Notes: generated by a model from the sequence alone, not told the origin. A DNA stretch of 64,000 nt from the human T2T-CHM13v2.0 reference genome, Homo sapiens (GCF_009914755.1 NC_060929.1); one strand, 5' to 3'; counted from the first letter of the stretch, positions 49,793 through 63,773 are shown. Program-made: numbers and translations.

Positions 49793-50770
49793 CAGTGACT
49801 TTAAATCCTGGCTGCATATTACCATCATCTGGGATATTAAAAAATACTGATGCCTGGATCTTGCTCCCACCCAAAGAGTCTGACTGAATTGATGGGGTTT
49901 TCAAACATTTTTTAAGTGTTTGTTGAAGGATGACATATATGCAAAAAAAAAAAAAAAGCACAAACCATAAGTGTAAAGCTCAGTGAATTTTCACAAAATG
50001 AATTTACCCCGAGTAACCAGCATCCAAATCATGAAACAGAACATCACCAGCAACCCCTGGTACCCCTTCCACTTACTACCTGGCTCCAAAGGCTAATGTC
50101 CATTCTGGCTTCTAATGGTGTACAGTCATTTCTCCTGTTTTCAAACTTTATATGATGTAAATGGAATCAGGCAGTATATATCCTCTTGTTGTGTTTGTGA
50201 GATGATTCATCCAAGTTGTTACTTAGAGCTGCAGTTTATTCACTCTTCTTGCTATAGAGTATTCCACTCTATGGATATTCCTCGATTTATCCATTCTACT
50301 GTGATGCATTTTTGGATATTCGAGTTGTTATTTATAATTCGGAACTATTCTGACTATTGCAATGACATGCTAGTGTGTATTTTTGGAGTACATGTATATC
50401 CATTGCTGGGGAAGCATGGATATGAGTATGTTCAGCTTTAGTACCTTATGCCAAATAATGTTCCCAGGTGGCTGTACCCATTTACACTCCCTCCAGCAAT
50501 GTATGAGAGTTCTGGTTGCTTCACATTTTTGCCAACCATAGATATTTTCTATCTTTTTCATGTTAGCCATTCTGGCAGGTATGTAGTGGTATCACAGTGT
50601 GGTTTGAATTTGCATTTCCCTGATGACTAATACAGCTGAGCAACCTTTCATATGTTTGTTAGCCATTTAGATCTTCTCTTTGCAAAGTGCCTGTTGGAAT
50701 ATTTGGACATGAGTATTTTTAAAAAGCTCCTTAGGTAACTCTACTGTGTAGCCAAGGTGGAAAACCACTG
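49793..50770. mobile_element. MER5B-like MITE split by a reverse L1M fragment (about 49905-50700)
   Basis: MER5-like halves on both sides; TTTGCATTTCCCTGATGACTAAT reverse L1 motif inside. Confidence 0.7.
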
Positions 50771-52378
50771 AACTAAAACCACAAATTAGTATCTGCGTCT
50801 CCCTTTCTTCATGATTTGCCTTTGAACTTAGAGCATTTTGGATCTGAGAGGACCTCGTGGAACTGGGAAAAGATTATATTCACTCCCTACTAAGATGAGC
50901 CTGTCAGGAAGAAGCAATTGGAGCTGGCAGTTAAGAATCTTTAGGAATGTGACCTCTACTTCAGAAGGGTCCAGGGAGGGCCTGTGGTGTCCACAGCTGC
51001 CACAGACATTTCCTAACCACAAAAATGGCCCCTTGGTGGTCTCCCCAGAGCTCCAGGCAGTCATGGGGAGGAAGCGGAGGGCCCCATGCCAGGTACTTCC
51101 CAGTTTCTAGGCCAACATGAATGGGACACAGCTCATATGGGGTTGTGGTTAGACTGGGGACAGTGGAGCATATGTTCTGGGGACCTGGGTGTGGCCAAGG
51201 GAGGCCTCCTGTCTGTGGCCTTTGTCCCAGATTGGAAATCAGCCAGTGGGGCTCTCCTACATGGGTCCAGGCCTGGCTAGCTCTTGAATTCTGTGCGTTT
51301 GCATGTGGGTCCTTATGCATGCGTCCTAGAGCAGGGTCCCAGGGGGCCACCCCCCGCCTCCTTGACCCCTTACTCCTCTAAGCTGGGAAACACGTGGCAT
51401 GAGAGAACACACTGTGGCTTCTAATGACATCGTGTCTTGATTGCATCCCCATTGCATCATCTGGGCTCATCTCATCCCCACCTCTGGACTGTAACATCAT
51501 CCCAGGGACTGCCGGACACTCATCTGTGCTCCCCCACAGAGAGTATAATGCCATTTGGTAATTCAGTACAGCCTCTTCCAACTTGAGAAAGAAGATGCAT
51601 TTCCTTCCCTCAGTCTTGAGCTGTGCAGGTGTCACGCTGAGCTGCCCTGTGTGGGCTCCATGTTGGCACACATCGGTTGCAAGGGGCTCTGTGTAGTGAG
51701 TCTGGAGTTGGACCACTGGCCGGGCGCTGGGATGCTAGTGCCTGGACTGAGTGTGCACAGAGGCCCCTCAGGCAGAGCCACAGTGGGTGCTGAACCTCCT
51801 GGTGAAGTTCACCGCAGTAACTAGAGCTCAGTGGGAGGGGCTGGCCTATCAGCACCTGTCCTGTGTGCTTTTTGAAAAGAGCAGGGTCTACCTTCTGTCA
51901 ACTGAAGTCCTGCCAGCTGCATGGCATGAGATGAGGGACAAAGTGGCACGTGAACAAAGTTGACATTTTGGAGGCTGTTAGGCTCAGAGCCAACCCTGGG
52001 CTCCATTTAGTGCCATGACTCATGGATTCAGGCCCATCTTGGAAATTGCTCTGGGCGTAGAGCTCTCATTTCTGATAGTCCAAGTGCAGATATTGGGGTT
52101 CCTCTAATTGGCCCAAATGGTGGCCTGCACCAACCAGCGACCAGAGTGCTGTCTGAATCTAGAATAGCAGGAAGAACACGCCTCCAGCAGTATAGGAGAG
52201 TTCCCCATGCAGTGTGCTTCCCATTCTTACCAGCAGTTGGTATCTTCTGTCTTTTTCACACTGGCCATCTGAGTCTCATAAGGAGACTCCTCTCCTTCCA
52301 CTGAGCCTGCATCCCAGCCTCTCCCCTTTCTTCAGGGACCTCTCCCCAGCAATTACGCCCTTCCATTCTCTCAACCAG

Positions 52379-52671
52379 GGAATCTTCAAACTCTTCTTCT
52401 CCACTGGCTCCTGCTGTGCTCCTGTCTCCATCACCTGTATAATGCTTCCTGCCATCCTGCCTTCCCCGTGGAGTACAGCCATGCTGTCTGCTGCTTACAG
52501 CCAAGATTCTGGAAAGAAATGTCTCCTTTTTCCTCGTCATCAACCACTCATTTATTCAGCAAGTGTTTCTTTTACACTTGCCTGTGCTGGGCATGGCAGC
52601 AATGCAGCAGTGAACAAAACCACCAGCCCTGCTCTCATGCAGCTTATAATCAAGTAGAGAGACAGACATAA
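52379..52671 (+). CDS. C5orf56: Exon 4, 5' part; putative 126-aa ORF segment 3 (NLQTLLLHW...VERQT*)
   Basis: Acceptor ttccattctctcaaccag|GG; open to TAA ending at 52671. 48+40+293 = 381 nt = 126 aa plus stop. The C-terminal part lies in L2-derived sequence. A candidate AATAAA is at 53268-53273. Confidence 0.45.
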
Positions 52672-53319
52672 ATGATTAATAGATGCTCCTGTAATGGCGG
52701 TTGTGAGGTGTGCTGCCACAGCCCAGCCACACATGCCAGTTCCCTTCTCTGCACATGTACATGTCTGCTCATCCTTCCCACCTGAACTCATGTGCCACCT
52801 CACTTATGCCCCTTCCCAATGCCGCACCCACACAACAGGGTGTCCCTCTGTGCCCACAGCAGCCCTTGGGTATAACTGTTCCCCACAGAGGCTGAACCCC
52901 AAGGGCAGAGTCCAGGCCACACTCACCTCGGAGCCCCCTGCCTGGCACAGAGCCCAGCCCAGCAGAGATGCTCAGAAGATGAATGAAAGTCCCTGCTGAG
53001 ATTGATCCAATCTGTTTGTGAACATCTCTGGGGTCCAAGAATTCACGGCTTTCTTTTTCTTTAGAGAGCCTTTTGTTTCTTTTTGCCATTATATACTATA
53101 TTTGGGTTAGGGCACAACAATGTGAATATACTTAATACTGAACTCTACACTTGAAAATGGTTAAGATGGTAAAGTTTTAAGTTATATGTATTTTGCCACA
53201 ATTTTTTAAAATGCAGAGCATAGGTACAAAGAAGGAAAAAAAGGGGGCAAGGTCCATTTTATTGAGAAATAAAGAACAAAGGGTTCAATTCAGAGAGGAT
53301 TGGATTTTAAAACGTAATT

Positions 53320-54090
53320 TAGATTAGGGAAATGCAAATGAAAACCATAATAAGTAAGATACCACTTCACATCTGTTAGGATGGCTATTTTAAAACAACA
53401 AAAACAACCTGAAAATAAGTGTTGGCAAGGATGTGAAGAAATAGATACCCTTGTGCATTGCTATTGGGAACGTAAAATCATGCAGCCTTTGTTGAAAACA
53501 ATGTGGTGGTTCCTCAAAAACTTAGTTATCATATGATCCCGCAGTTCCACTTCTAGGAATATACCCAAAAGAATTGAAAGCAGGGACTCAAAGTGATATT
53601 TGTACACCAGTGTTTGTAGCAGTATTATTCACAATAGCCAAAAGGTGGAAACAACCCAGATGTCCATGACAGGAGGAGTGGATAAACAAAATATGGTGAA
53701 TACGTACAATGGAACATAATTCAGCTTTAAAAAGGAATGAAATTCTGGTACATGTTATAACATAGATGAACCTTAAAAACATTATGCTAAGTGAAATAAG
53801 CCAGACACAGAAGGAAAAATACCAGATGATCCCACTTATATGAGGTACCTAGAATAGTGAAATTCATAGAGACAGAAAGTAGAAGGATGGTTGCCAGGGG
53901 CTGGAAGGAGGAAGAACAGGGAGATACTGCTTAGTGGATGCAGAGTTTATGTTGAGGGTGATGAAAAAGTTCTGGAGATGGATGGTGGTGATGGCTGCAC
54001 AACAGTGAGAATGTACTTCATACTATGGAACTCTGCACTTAAAAATGGTTAAAATGGATGTAGACATTTTATGTCTATTTTGCCATAACA
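53320..54090 (+). mobile_element. L1MB-like 3' end
   Basis: GGGAAATGCAAATGAAAACCA...GATGAACCTTAAAAACATTATGCTAAGTGAAATAAGCCAGACACA...ATGGATGGTGGTGATGGCTGCACAACA. Confidence 0.9.
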
Positions 54091-54241
54091 AGAAAGTAAT
54101 TTGGGTGTATTTTAGAGATTTTAGAAAATACTGTAAGCACAAGAGGAAAAAAATTAAAATCATTCGCAATCACCAGGTAGAGACAACGACTGTTGAAAGA
54201 TCAGTGTGTATCTTTTCATTCTCGTTCTCTCTCTCAAAAAA

Positions 54242-54267
54242 GTGTGTGTGTGTGTGTGTGTGTGTGT
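54242..54267. repeat. (TG)n microsatellite
   Basis: Read directly. Confidence 0.95.
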
Positions 54268-56210
54268 CTTCAGATGTCACACTGGACTTTCAGGAAAGGT
54301 TCCCCTCTCTGCTGCTTCCCTGCTGGAGCCATGGAGAGCAAGTCTATCCCTGTTCCATAGGTCAATCCTTTGAATGATTTCTCATGGCTGAGTTCACTCC
54401 CCTGCACCTCCAGGGTTGCACTTCTCTGAAAATACTCATTTATTTTATGTGTCTACTAAAAACATGGCACCCACGACCCAATAATATGTTGGAAGGGGTT
54501 GGAGAGAGAAACGCGAGTACCTCTCACACCTTCTCACACACTACACATCTTAGCGATGGCCGAGTGAGCATGTTGGCTCTCTGGACTCCTCAGTCTGTTG
54601 GTCTGGGCTGCGCTAGGCTCAGGCTCCCTGCCTCCCCCCCAACCTTGATCCCCTTGCTTCTTGAACCTGATGCTGGGCCTCACATTCTCCGTTGATTCTA
54701 GCTCTTAAATCCTGCTTCTCCAGCTTGTCAGGAGGCTGTGCCCTCACACCCCAAAGAGCAGATCTGCCCTCTCCACTGAGAGGGAAGGAGTGAAGGTCCC
54801 ACAGCCTCTGACCCCTGCTGGGCCCAAGAGAGGAACAGCTGCTTGCTTTATTTCTCGTGGGAGAAATGTGTCTCCTCTTTGTCTCAGGCACCCCTCTGCC
54901 CTGTACAGCAGCAAGTCAGCAGGAATGAGCTGAGCCGCCCAAGTAGTGGCTCCCTCCACTATGGGGGCTCTGTGGTCCTGGGGGCTGTCCTGCCTCCACT
55001 GCCATAGGCCTGGCCCCAGAGCATGCTGCAGTGGTCACAACCTGTGGAGGTGCCCCCAGACCCCCATATTTGGGCCCAACTACAGCCTCCTTCCCCAGCT
55101 TTGCCACCTGGCTTGGGAGCCAGGGCACCACCAGCTTCGTTGGCAGGGAGAGATGAAGAAAGAGGCCATAGCCACGCAAGTGACTGAAGTTCATGTTCGT
55201 GCACACCAATTAGAGAGGGACAGCACGTTCATTTACCTCCAAATCCAGCCACAGACACATCGCCCTTTTCTCTTGGCTCTGAGGCCTCCACAGAAGGGTT
55301 TTTTAAGGTTGCAGCCAGGACCTTTATAGCCTAGTCCTGAGAAGATTATCTTTTTATTGCAACTTTGATTAATGATTGATCAAAAACTGATACTAGAAAC
55401 ACTGAAGAACAAATTTGCTGTAGACATTAGGAAAGGTCTACATCTGGCAGGCCTGGAGACCTGCCCACCCTCTCCCCCCACGGTCAAACCAGGGCAAAGG
55501 TACATTGGAAGACCCAACCCCTACACACTCTTACACGTGCACTCGCACACACACACTGAGGGGAAAGAAATATTTAATTGTCCTTAAATCCTCTTGGATT
55601 AGGCTATAAATTGCAAATAAATGGAGCAACAGACAGAGCAAAAGCACATAAGGTCCTTTAATAGAATTTCTCTATCTTATTCTGTTTCTATGAATGCCTG
55701 TTACAAATTAGCAGCTTAAAGGGAAACCTGGAGTGTGGGAAAGAGCGACCCTTGTGTGAAGTCCACAGCCGGGGTTTCCTACAGACCTCAGGTCCCAGAG
55801 AACATCTAAGATGCCTCCAACACCAGATGGAGGAGGGCAGGAGATGCTGCACAGAGAAGCAGCACTTCCCGAGCATCTGTGGCAGGAAGTGACTTGGAGA
55901 GGATGAGGCCGTGCCTCAGGTGTGCTCTAGCTGTTCTGATGGTCTCTGAGGCCACGACTGCCATGGTGAGGTCCACAGCCTGCATCAGAATCACCAAAGG
56001 GCCCAAACGTACGGCCTCAGAGCCTGGAGAGCCAGGAATCGGCATTGCAACAACTCCCTGCTCAGTGGGTTCTACCAGTCCAGTACCCGCCCTCTGAGGG
56101 TGCCCAGGGAGCAGGGTGCTTGCTGGCTGGAACACTTTTTCCTGCCCCTCAGCTCCTCTGTGATGCCCTGAGGCACGGGCACTGGAAAGCTGGCAGAGCT
56201 GCTTCTAAAT

Positions 56211-56259
56211 TGAAACTGGAAAATGAAACTGGAAATCACAGTTTCATTTTCCAGTTTCA
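56211..56259. promoter_or_regulatory. Palindromic double ISRE (21-bp perfect inverted repeat, 7-nt spacer)
   Basis: TGAAACTGGAAAATGAAACTG-gaaatca-CAGTTTCATTTTCCAGTTTCA. Each arm contains GAAANNGAAACT or its complement AGTTTCNNTTTC. Confidence 0.75.
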
Positions 56260-57396
56260 CTCGCTCCCCCTACTGTTGGGGTTTCTTTTCCACAAGGAGA
56301 GTCCCCCAGGGAGAAAGAAGCAGGAGTGGGAGTGGGGGAGCATGTTGGGGGAAGGCAGTGAGGGTGTCCTGTCTGCAGCAGGGCATGGAGGGGCCCCAGC
56401 GCTGCACTTGCTTCCTTTAAGCCTGGCCTGCTTGCTGTCAGCCCCGGGGGTGGTTTCCTCTCTAGGAAAAGCTAATGTCATGCTTATGCTGAAAAACTCT
56501 TTTCAGAGGTACTTTAGGAGGGGCCTGGCTCTCGATTAATCTGGGCCATTTCATACCGGCTGTGCTCACCCAGGCACAAACACTGAAAGCAACAGCTGGC
56601 AAAGCCATCGCTTGGTAGCAGCTTGGAAGACACCACCAAAGAAGCTCTCATGGAAGCGGCAGATTTCCTGAAGCGACTGGAATGCGGGGAAGGAGGGCAG
56701 TCGGGGAGAGCCGAGAACCAGCCCCCCTGCCAACTCCACCCCATTCCTCTCCTCACCTGAAATGTCTCATCCTTAGAACAGCTGCCCTAACCCCCTAATC
56801 CCACACACTCCTTTGTAGGTTAAGACCCCTGAAGTTGCACCCTCTCGTAGGAGCTATGTTTTTCAGAGATCCATGTGATTATTTGCCTAATGTCTGCCTC
56901 CCTCAGGGAAGTAAAGTCTGTGACGCGTGGACCTGGTCTGTGTTGTTCACTGTGCATCCACAGTGCCTGGGTAGTGCCTGGCATGCAGGAAGTACACACA
57001 AAAAATATGTGTTCATGAGTGAGGGCAGGCTTGAAGAGCCCAAGAGAAGGACAGTGCTCCAGGGAGGCGTCTGCATCAGGCTCCCCAGTGTCTGGACTGC
57101 ATCCCAGCCCCTCCGAGCAACTTCAGGGGAGGATTCTGTGAACAGATGCCCCAGCTCTTCCGCCCACAGCTCCTACCCCCAGCCTGAGGAATGCTTTGAC
57201 TGTCCCCAGTGTGTGCAGGCAGTGGGGAGGTGATAGGGGGAGGTGTCCCACATGGCACACTCTCCCTAGCCCTTGCTTTGCCTCCGTTACCTACATAGAT
57301 GGGCTTCACAGCCTCTTCCAGATAGGCAGGGCACTGAGCTCTGTGGGCCACACCTAAAAAGAAAGGGAGACAAGCTGGCGGTGGGGGCATGACAGT

Positions 57397-57789
<393 letters not shown>

Positions 57790-59965
57790 TGACCTCAGGC
57801 CCCACACCACCCTTTCACCTCAGCCTCACTTTCTCATCAGTAAATGGAACTCGTTCTTGTGTATGTGCCATGGAGGCAATGTAGCAGAAGAGAATAGGGC
57901 AGACTTTGGAACTCAGCCATCTGGGAGAAAATCCTAGTTATGTGATGACCTTGAGCCAATGACTGAATTTCTCTGTCTCATTTTCTCTTCTGTAAAATGG
58001 GGACAATTACAGTGAATTCTGTGAATTCATTCATGTCCCTGACACATGGTGTGAGCTCAGTCATTACCTTTGCCAGGGTTGCAAGGATGTAATGAGATGG
58101 CAGATGTGAGCACAGCTCCCAGACCCGAAGGTGCTGTATGAATGGGAGGGAGCAGTGAGTGTTATTTGGGAAATATTGAAGACACAACTTCCCTCCCACA
58201 TTTGTCTGGGGTGGAGCAACAGTTTTACTTATTTAATGATAAGCTGGAAGATGCACCAAAGGGAGGTGAAAAACTGAAACCGCCAACCGTTTGAGCTCCA
58301 GGCTGCACCGAAGCGGTGTGGCTGGTGCAGATGGTGAGAGCCCCAGTGCCGGCCCACTTCCTCCATGAGTGCCACACGCCTTTCTCAAGCTAGCCGGCTT
58401 CCCAAGGCTGCAGGAAGTGGGGCCAGGAACAGGCCCTCCGGCTGTGTTGGGGGAGGCCTGGGCAGGGGTTGGCAGCTGCTGGGTGTGAACGGAAGTCTTG
58501 GAGGTCCTTGAAGGTCCTGGGGCCGCCTGCACAGCAGCCCCTGCCCTCTCCCTGTCCAGGCCTGCCCAGGACTAGCTTGTAGCAGACTCTTCTTGTAGCC
58601 TAGGCTCTTGCCTCTTGCAGTAGTGAGCCATTGTACAAAAGACATCCAGCGGAGGGAGGCAGGCTGGAGAGGAGGACAGCCGAATCTTTTCTCAAAGGAA
58701 ATGCAGTTGTGGTTTTGAGATGTTCATATTTCACATCTGTGGTTGGCGTTTCCCAGGGTTCTCAGAGGTGAATGCAGGGTCAGCCCTGTGTCACCAAATA
58801 AGGCTCACAGTGACCTTAGCAACAAGCTTTGCTGCCCATTGGCTGTCACTGCTGCCGCCTGCCAATGCGGCCTCCTGAAGGCCAGCACTGATGCTGAGCT
58901 GAAACTTCTGCATGTGCCAAGGTCCAGCTGCCTCTGTCAGAAATCACCGTCCTTGGAAGCAGCCACAGATAGGTAGAGAGCTCCGGACAAAGGTGGACAA
59001 GGTCAGTGGGAGGACTGTCCAGGTGTCCATGTTTCAGAGTCCACCTGGCCAGCATTCCATTCTCACATAGCACCAAACCAGCACCTTGGTGGCCTGGTCC
59101 CAGCTTGCCAGGACAACCCCCCATTCCACCCTGTCAACCTTGAACTCTATAATGGTCATCATTTCATAGCTCTGCTCATTTTAGTTCCACTGGGTTCTCC
59201 CTTGTGCTTGGCACTTGACTAAGCTCCTTCTACACATTACATCTTTTACCTCTCTCAACAACCCTGTGAGCCAATTAGCCCCATTTTACAGGTGCAGAAA
59301 CTGACACCAAAGGAAGTCAGTAATGGCCCAGGTGACTGCACCACTAGTAAGTGGGGAAGTCAGAATTTAAACCCAATTTAAACAGACCTAGATCCCATGC
59401 TATTAACCATTGCACTGTATTGACAGACACTCAATGTCCGTGCAGCTCAGTGTCTTCATTCTGTGACATGGGGATGACAGTACCGTACCTCACAGGGTTG
59501 GGGTGAGCATTGTGTGGAGTGACTTATGTCCAGAAGCACACCTTTGCACCAGTGGCCTTGGCACCCCCAAGGCATGCTCCACAAACAGCTTGCACATTCC
59601 TTTCTCACAGCGTGTGCTGCTGAAACATTGAGGTTTGTGGACCGGACTTCTCTGTAGCCCTTGTATTTGGTTTTCACTTCCTCTTTCTTGACCTCCTCCC
59701 ACCCCCCACCCAACTGCAAGGTAGGGAGGCTACTGAGGGGCCAGCCTGTGGATTCCAGAGGGCACAGGGCTATCTGGGATGGAGGGGACAGGGTTCTGAA
59801 GACAGAAGGTGGGAAGGTCACACTGTAAGGGCAGACATACCCCATTTCTTCTACCTAAACAACTGGGTGTAATACCACTGTTTCCCTGAGAAACACTTTC
59901 AGGATTAAAAAGTATATAAGTAAAGAAAATAAAGCATATAAGTGATCTGGTAAAGATGAAAACAT

Positions 59966-60383
<418 letters not shown>

Positions 60384-60896
60384 GACTAGTCTTTAAAAAA
60401 ATGAATAATATAAATTTTTTTAAAAGATGAAAACATATATATACCCTGTAACCCAAGAGTCCCACTCCTCAGAATCTTCTCAAACCACACTCTTACCCAT
60501 GTGCACCAGAATACCCACACAGCACCAGAAAATGTCCAAATGACCATCAAAAGTGGAGAGTACAAATAAATTGTGCAGTGTTCCTGGAGTGAAATGAACT
60601 ACAGCGACTTGCAATAACTGTAATATTGTCATATTGGATAATAATACTGTAATAACAAATGACTCATCAATGAATAAAACCTACAAAAGAATGCATACAG
60701 TATAATTCCTTTTAGCAAAAATTTAACAGCTGGCAAAACTGTATTGTTAAGGATACATGCAGAGGAGGTCAAACTACAAAAAGCACAGAATTATTACAAA
60801 TGTCTACTTATGCAGAAGGGAGGGTTGGGGTTGTGATTAGTAGGGGAACACGTAGGTGCTTTGGGGGTGCTAGTATTGTTTTCTCTCTTTAAGTTT

Positions 60897-61300
60897 GGGA
60901 GATTACCCTGGATTATTGGGTAGAAACTGGGGTGGGTGAGCCCAATGTAATCACAAGCATTCTTAAATGGAGAAGAGAGAGGCAGAAGGGTCAGAAGCAG
61001 AAGCAGAAGCAGAGAGATTGCAATATATGAAAGACCTGGCCAGCCAGTGCTGGCTTTGAAGGTGGAGGAAGGGGCCGCAGGCCAAGGAATGCAGGCAGCC
61101 TCTAAAAGCTGGAAAGGGGAAGAAAGGAAAGAGATTCTCTACTAGAGCCCCCAGGAAGGAATGCAGCCCTGCTGACACCTTCAGTTTAGCCCAGTGAGAC
61201 CTGTTTTGGACTTCTGACCTACGGAACTATAAGAAAAGAAATTTGTGTTGTTTTAAGCCCCTAAGTTTATGTTAGTTTATTAGAGCAGCAACAGGAAGCT
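60897..61300 (+). mobile_element. MLT1C/D-like MaLR LTR
   Basis: CCCAATGTAATCACAAG...GCCAAGGAATGCAGGCAGCCTCTA...TTTGTGTTGTTTTAAGCC...AGCAGCAACAGGAA. Confidence 0.85.
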
Positions 61301-61526
61301 GATCCACTGGGAAACCATCTGGGATATGCAGCTGCCCAAAATCCCTGCTCGTGGTTAGATTCAGCCTTACGAGGCTCCACAGCCCCTCTGCGAAAGACTC
61401 CATTCCCTCTTGGAGAAGCTCAGACTCTAGAGCCCTGGGCAAGGAATGGGCCTTCATGGCATGGGGGCAATCAAGAAGGATGCCCCCCAGGACAGTGACT
61501 CTGCTGGACTTCTCTACAGAAAACAG

Positions 61527-63773
61527 TATATCCCTCAGTGGCATGAGAAGATCCAATAGGGTCACCACACTCCACAACTGCAGGGGACACTGTTCACATT
61601 TTAGTCTATGCAGCCTCTGGTGGCCAAAGATTAAATGAGAACACCTTTGCTGTGTGACCTGAAGTTCATGGTCAGTAAATTGTAGCTATTGTTATGCACG
61701 ACTTAGGGGGAAGCAGGGGTCACTGCAGAGCAGCAGTGGTTTTATAGAGATTTGCTTTATGATTATTTGTTAAACTGAACATATATTCTATGTATTTTTC
61801 TGCATAATTATTGTTTCACAATTTTTAAAAAGCATATACACACATGAATCTTCTCTAGCCCCGAACAGCACAGTGAATGGATAGGGCAGCAGATGAGCTC
61901 TGCCCCACGCCGGCCCTGTTTCAGAACAGCACTCCAGAGTGCCGCACTGCTTGCTGAACCACAGCTGTTACTGCAGATTGAGGAGCCTCAGAGGGAACAG
62001 AAGATAAAGATCATTATGGAATTTAGGATTGCAGGACATTCTTTGACATTTCATAACAGCCAGGGGAGATCAACTGTGGTCAGGGGACAGGGGCAGGAAG
62101 AAACCATGGCCAAGGCCTGTCTGGCAGGACTTGAAGGGGCAGAGGGACCCTTGCAAATGACCCTGCCTGGAACCCACCCCCAGTTGGCCCCTGTATAGCA
62201 CTGATCCAGCTGGGGCTTTTATCCCAGGATACCCTCTTCAGGGATGCCTGTATTTGTTGATTATCTGCCATATGCCTGGTCACTGCAGAATACAAGGAAG
62301 AAAATAGCCTTCAGCAGAAGCTGAGACAGGAGCCTAGAGGATGGACAGTAAGGAGTCGAAGGCTCAGGATGAGGCTTTCCTGACTTTCTCCCCTAGGGGA
62401 CTGATGTTCTCTACTGGTACAGACCTTGTTTTATTCATCCTTATGTCCCTAACCTGGAATGGGCCCAGGGTGACAGTTATAATAAGTGTTTGTCAAGTGA
62501 GCAAGTGTGTGGAGTGTGCATTGTAGAGAGTAAGGTCTCTACAGGATCCTGCTGGAGAGGCAGCCCACTGGGCTCACCACTTCTCCAGAGGAGGGACTGG
62601 TCCCTTGCCAGACAGCCCTGCCAGCTGGAGCAGGCTTCCTCAGGGGTGCCTGGAGCTGTTGACCATGGCTGTTGCCCTCTGGCCCCTCTTGGGAAGAGCA
62701 ACCTGTCAGGTGTTAAAGACGGTCTTCATTTCTCTTCTCCAAGTAAACATGACTAGTTTCCATCTCACCATCTTCTGGCCCTCAGCAGACTGGTTATCCA
62801 GTCTGGAGAGGCAACAGTAGTATCCAGATGTGATCCGAACAGACAGAACGATGGATGCAGACGGAAAATTCAGGTTTGTGTGCTTCGGCAGTCAGTATAT
62901 GCAAGTTGTAATGGGGACAGTGGCTGGCATGGCCTTTAGCACTGTGGGAAGGATCAGGGTGTCTGCCCATCATTTTTCTCTCTTTGATAGACACTGTTTA
63001 CGTAGACACTGTTTTGGTGTAAAACCCTACGTTGTAGCTCTTGTCAACAGTGTTATGTTTCTCCTCAACTGTCCTGGAAACTCCCTGAGGTGGCTGGCTT
63101 GTAGGCACTCCATACCTGTTAGCTAGTATTATTTATTTATTGTTTTATTATTTGAATGGACAATCAATTCATGTCATTTAATGAACATGGGCTATGTGCC
63201 AGAAACCACCAGGTGCCAGAATACAACACTGAACTACAGTAGGCCTGTCCCTGGGCCCCAGAGCTCCCAGACACACTAGGAAGACTTGTTGATTTAATGA
63301 TAAACCTTGATTGAGCTCATGATTAACATCTTCACCACCAGACATCATTGAGTGCTCTCTGTGTGTTCAACTCAGAACATACCCTTCCTGCCTTCAGAGG
63401 CTGGAATGTGAGAGTCATTAAGGGAGACACCATTGTGGGAGTGAGAAAATCCTGGACTTGGAGGGAACTGACTAGGGATCACCTCCCAGCTCTGCCATGG
63501 ACCCACTGTGTGACCATGGGCAAGTTACTTGACCTCTCTGAGCCTCAGTTATCTTATCAGTGAAACTGGGTTAATAATATATCTCTCAGTGGCACAGGAG
63601 GATCACATAGGGTCACCACACTCCACAACTCCAGGAGATGCTGTTAACATTTTAGTCTATGGATCCTCTGGTGGCCTAAGATTTAAATGAGAGCACTTTT
63701 GCTATGTGACCTGAAGTTAATGTCAATAAGTTATAGCTATTGTTATGTACGATGTAAGCAGGGGTCACTGCAG
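61527..63773 (+). repeat. Diverged direct repeat of about 200 bp (61527-61728 and 63578-63773)
   Basis: Shared blocks ATAGGGTCACCACACTCCACAACT, ACATTTTAGTCTATG, CCTCTGGTGGCC, TGTGACCTGAAGTT, TAGCTATTGTTATG and AAGCAGGGGTCACTGCAG. Confidence 0.92.

Noticed and set aside
53105-53205. Apparent duplicate of 53997-54090
   Set aside because: Both are generic L1MB 3' termini, and independent insertions explain the match.
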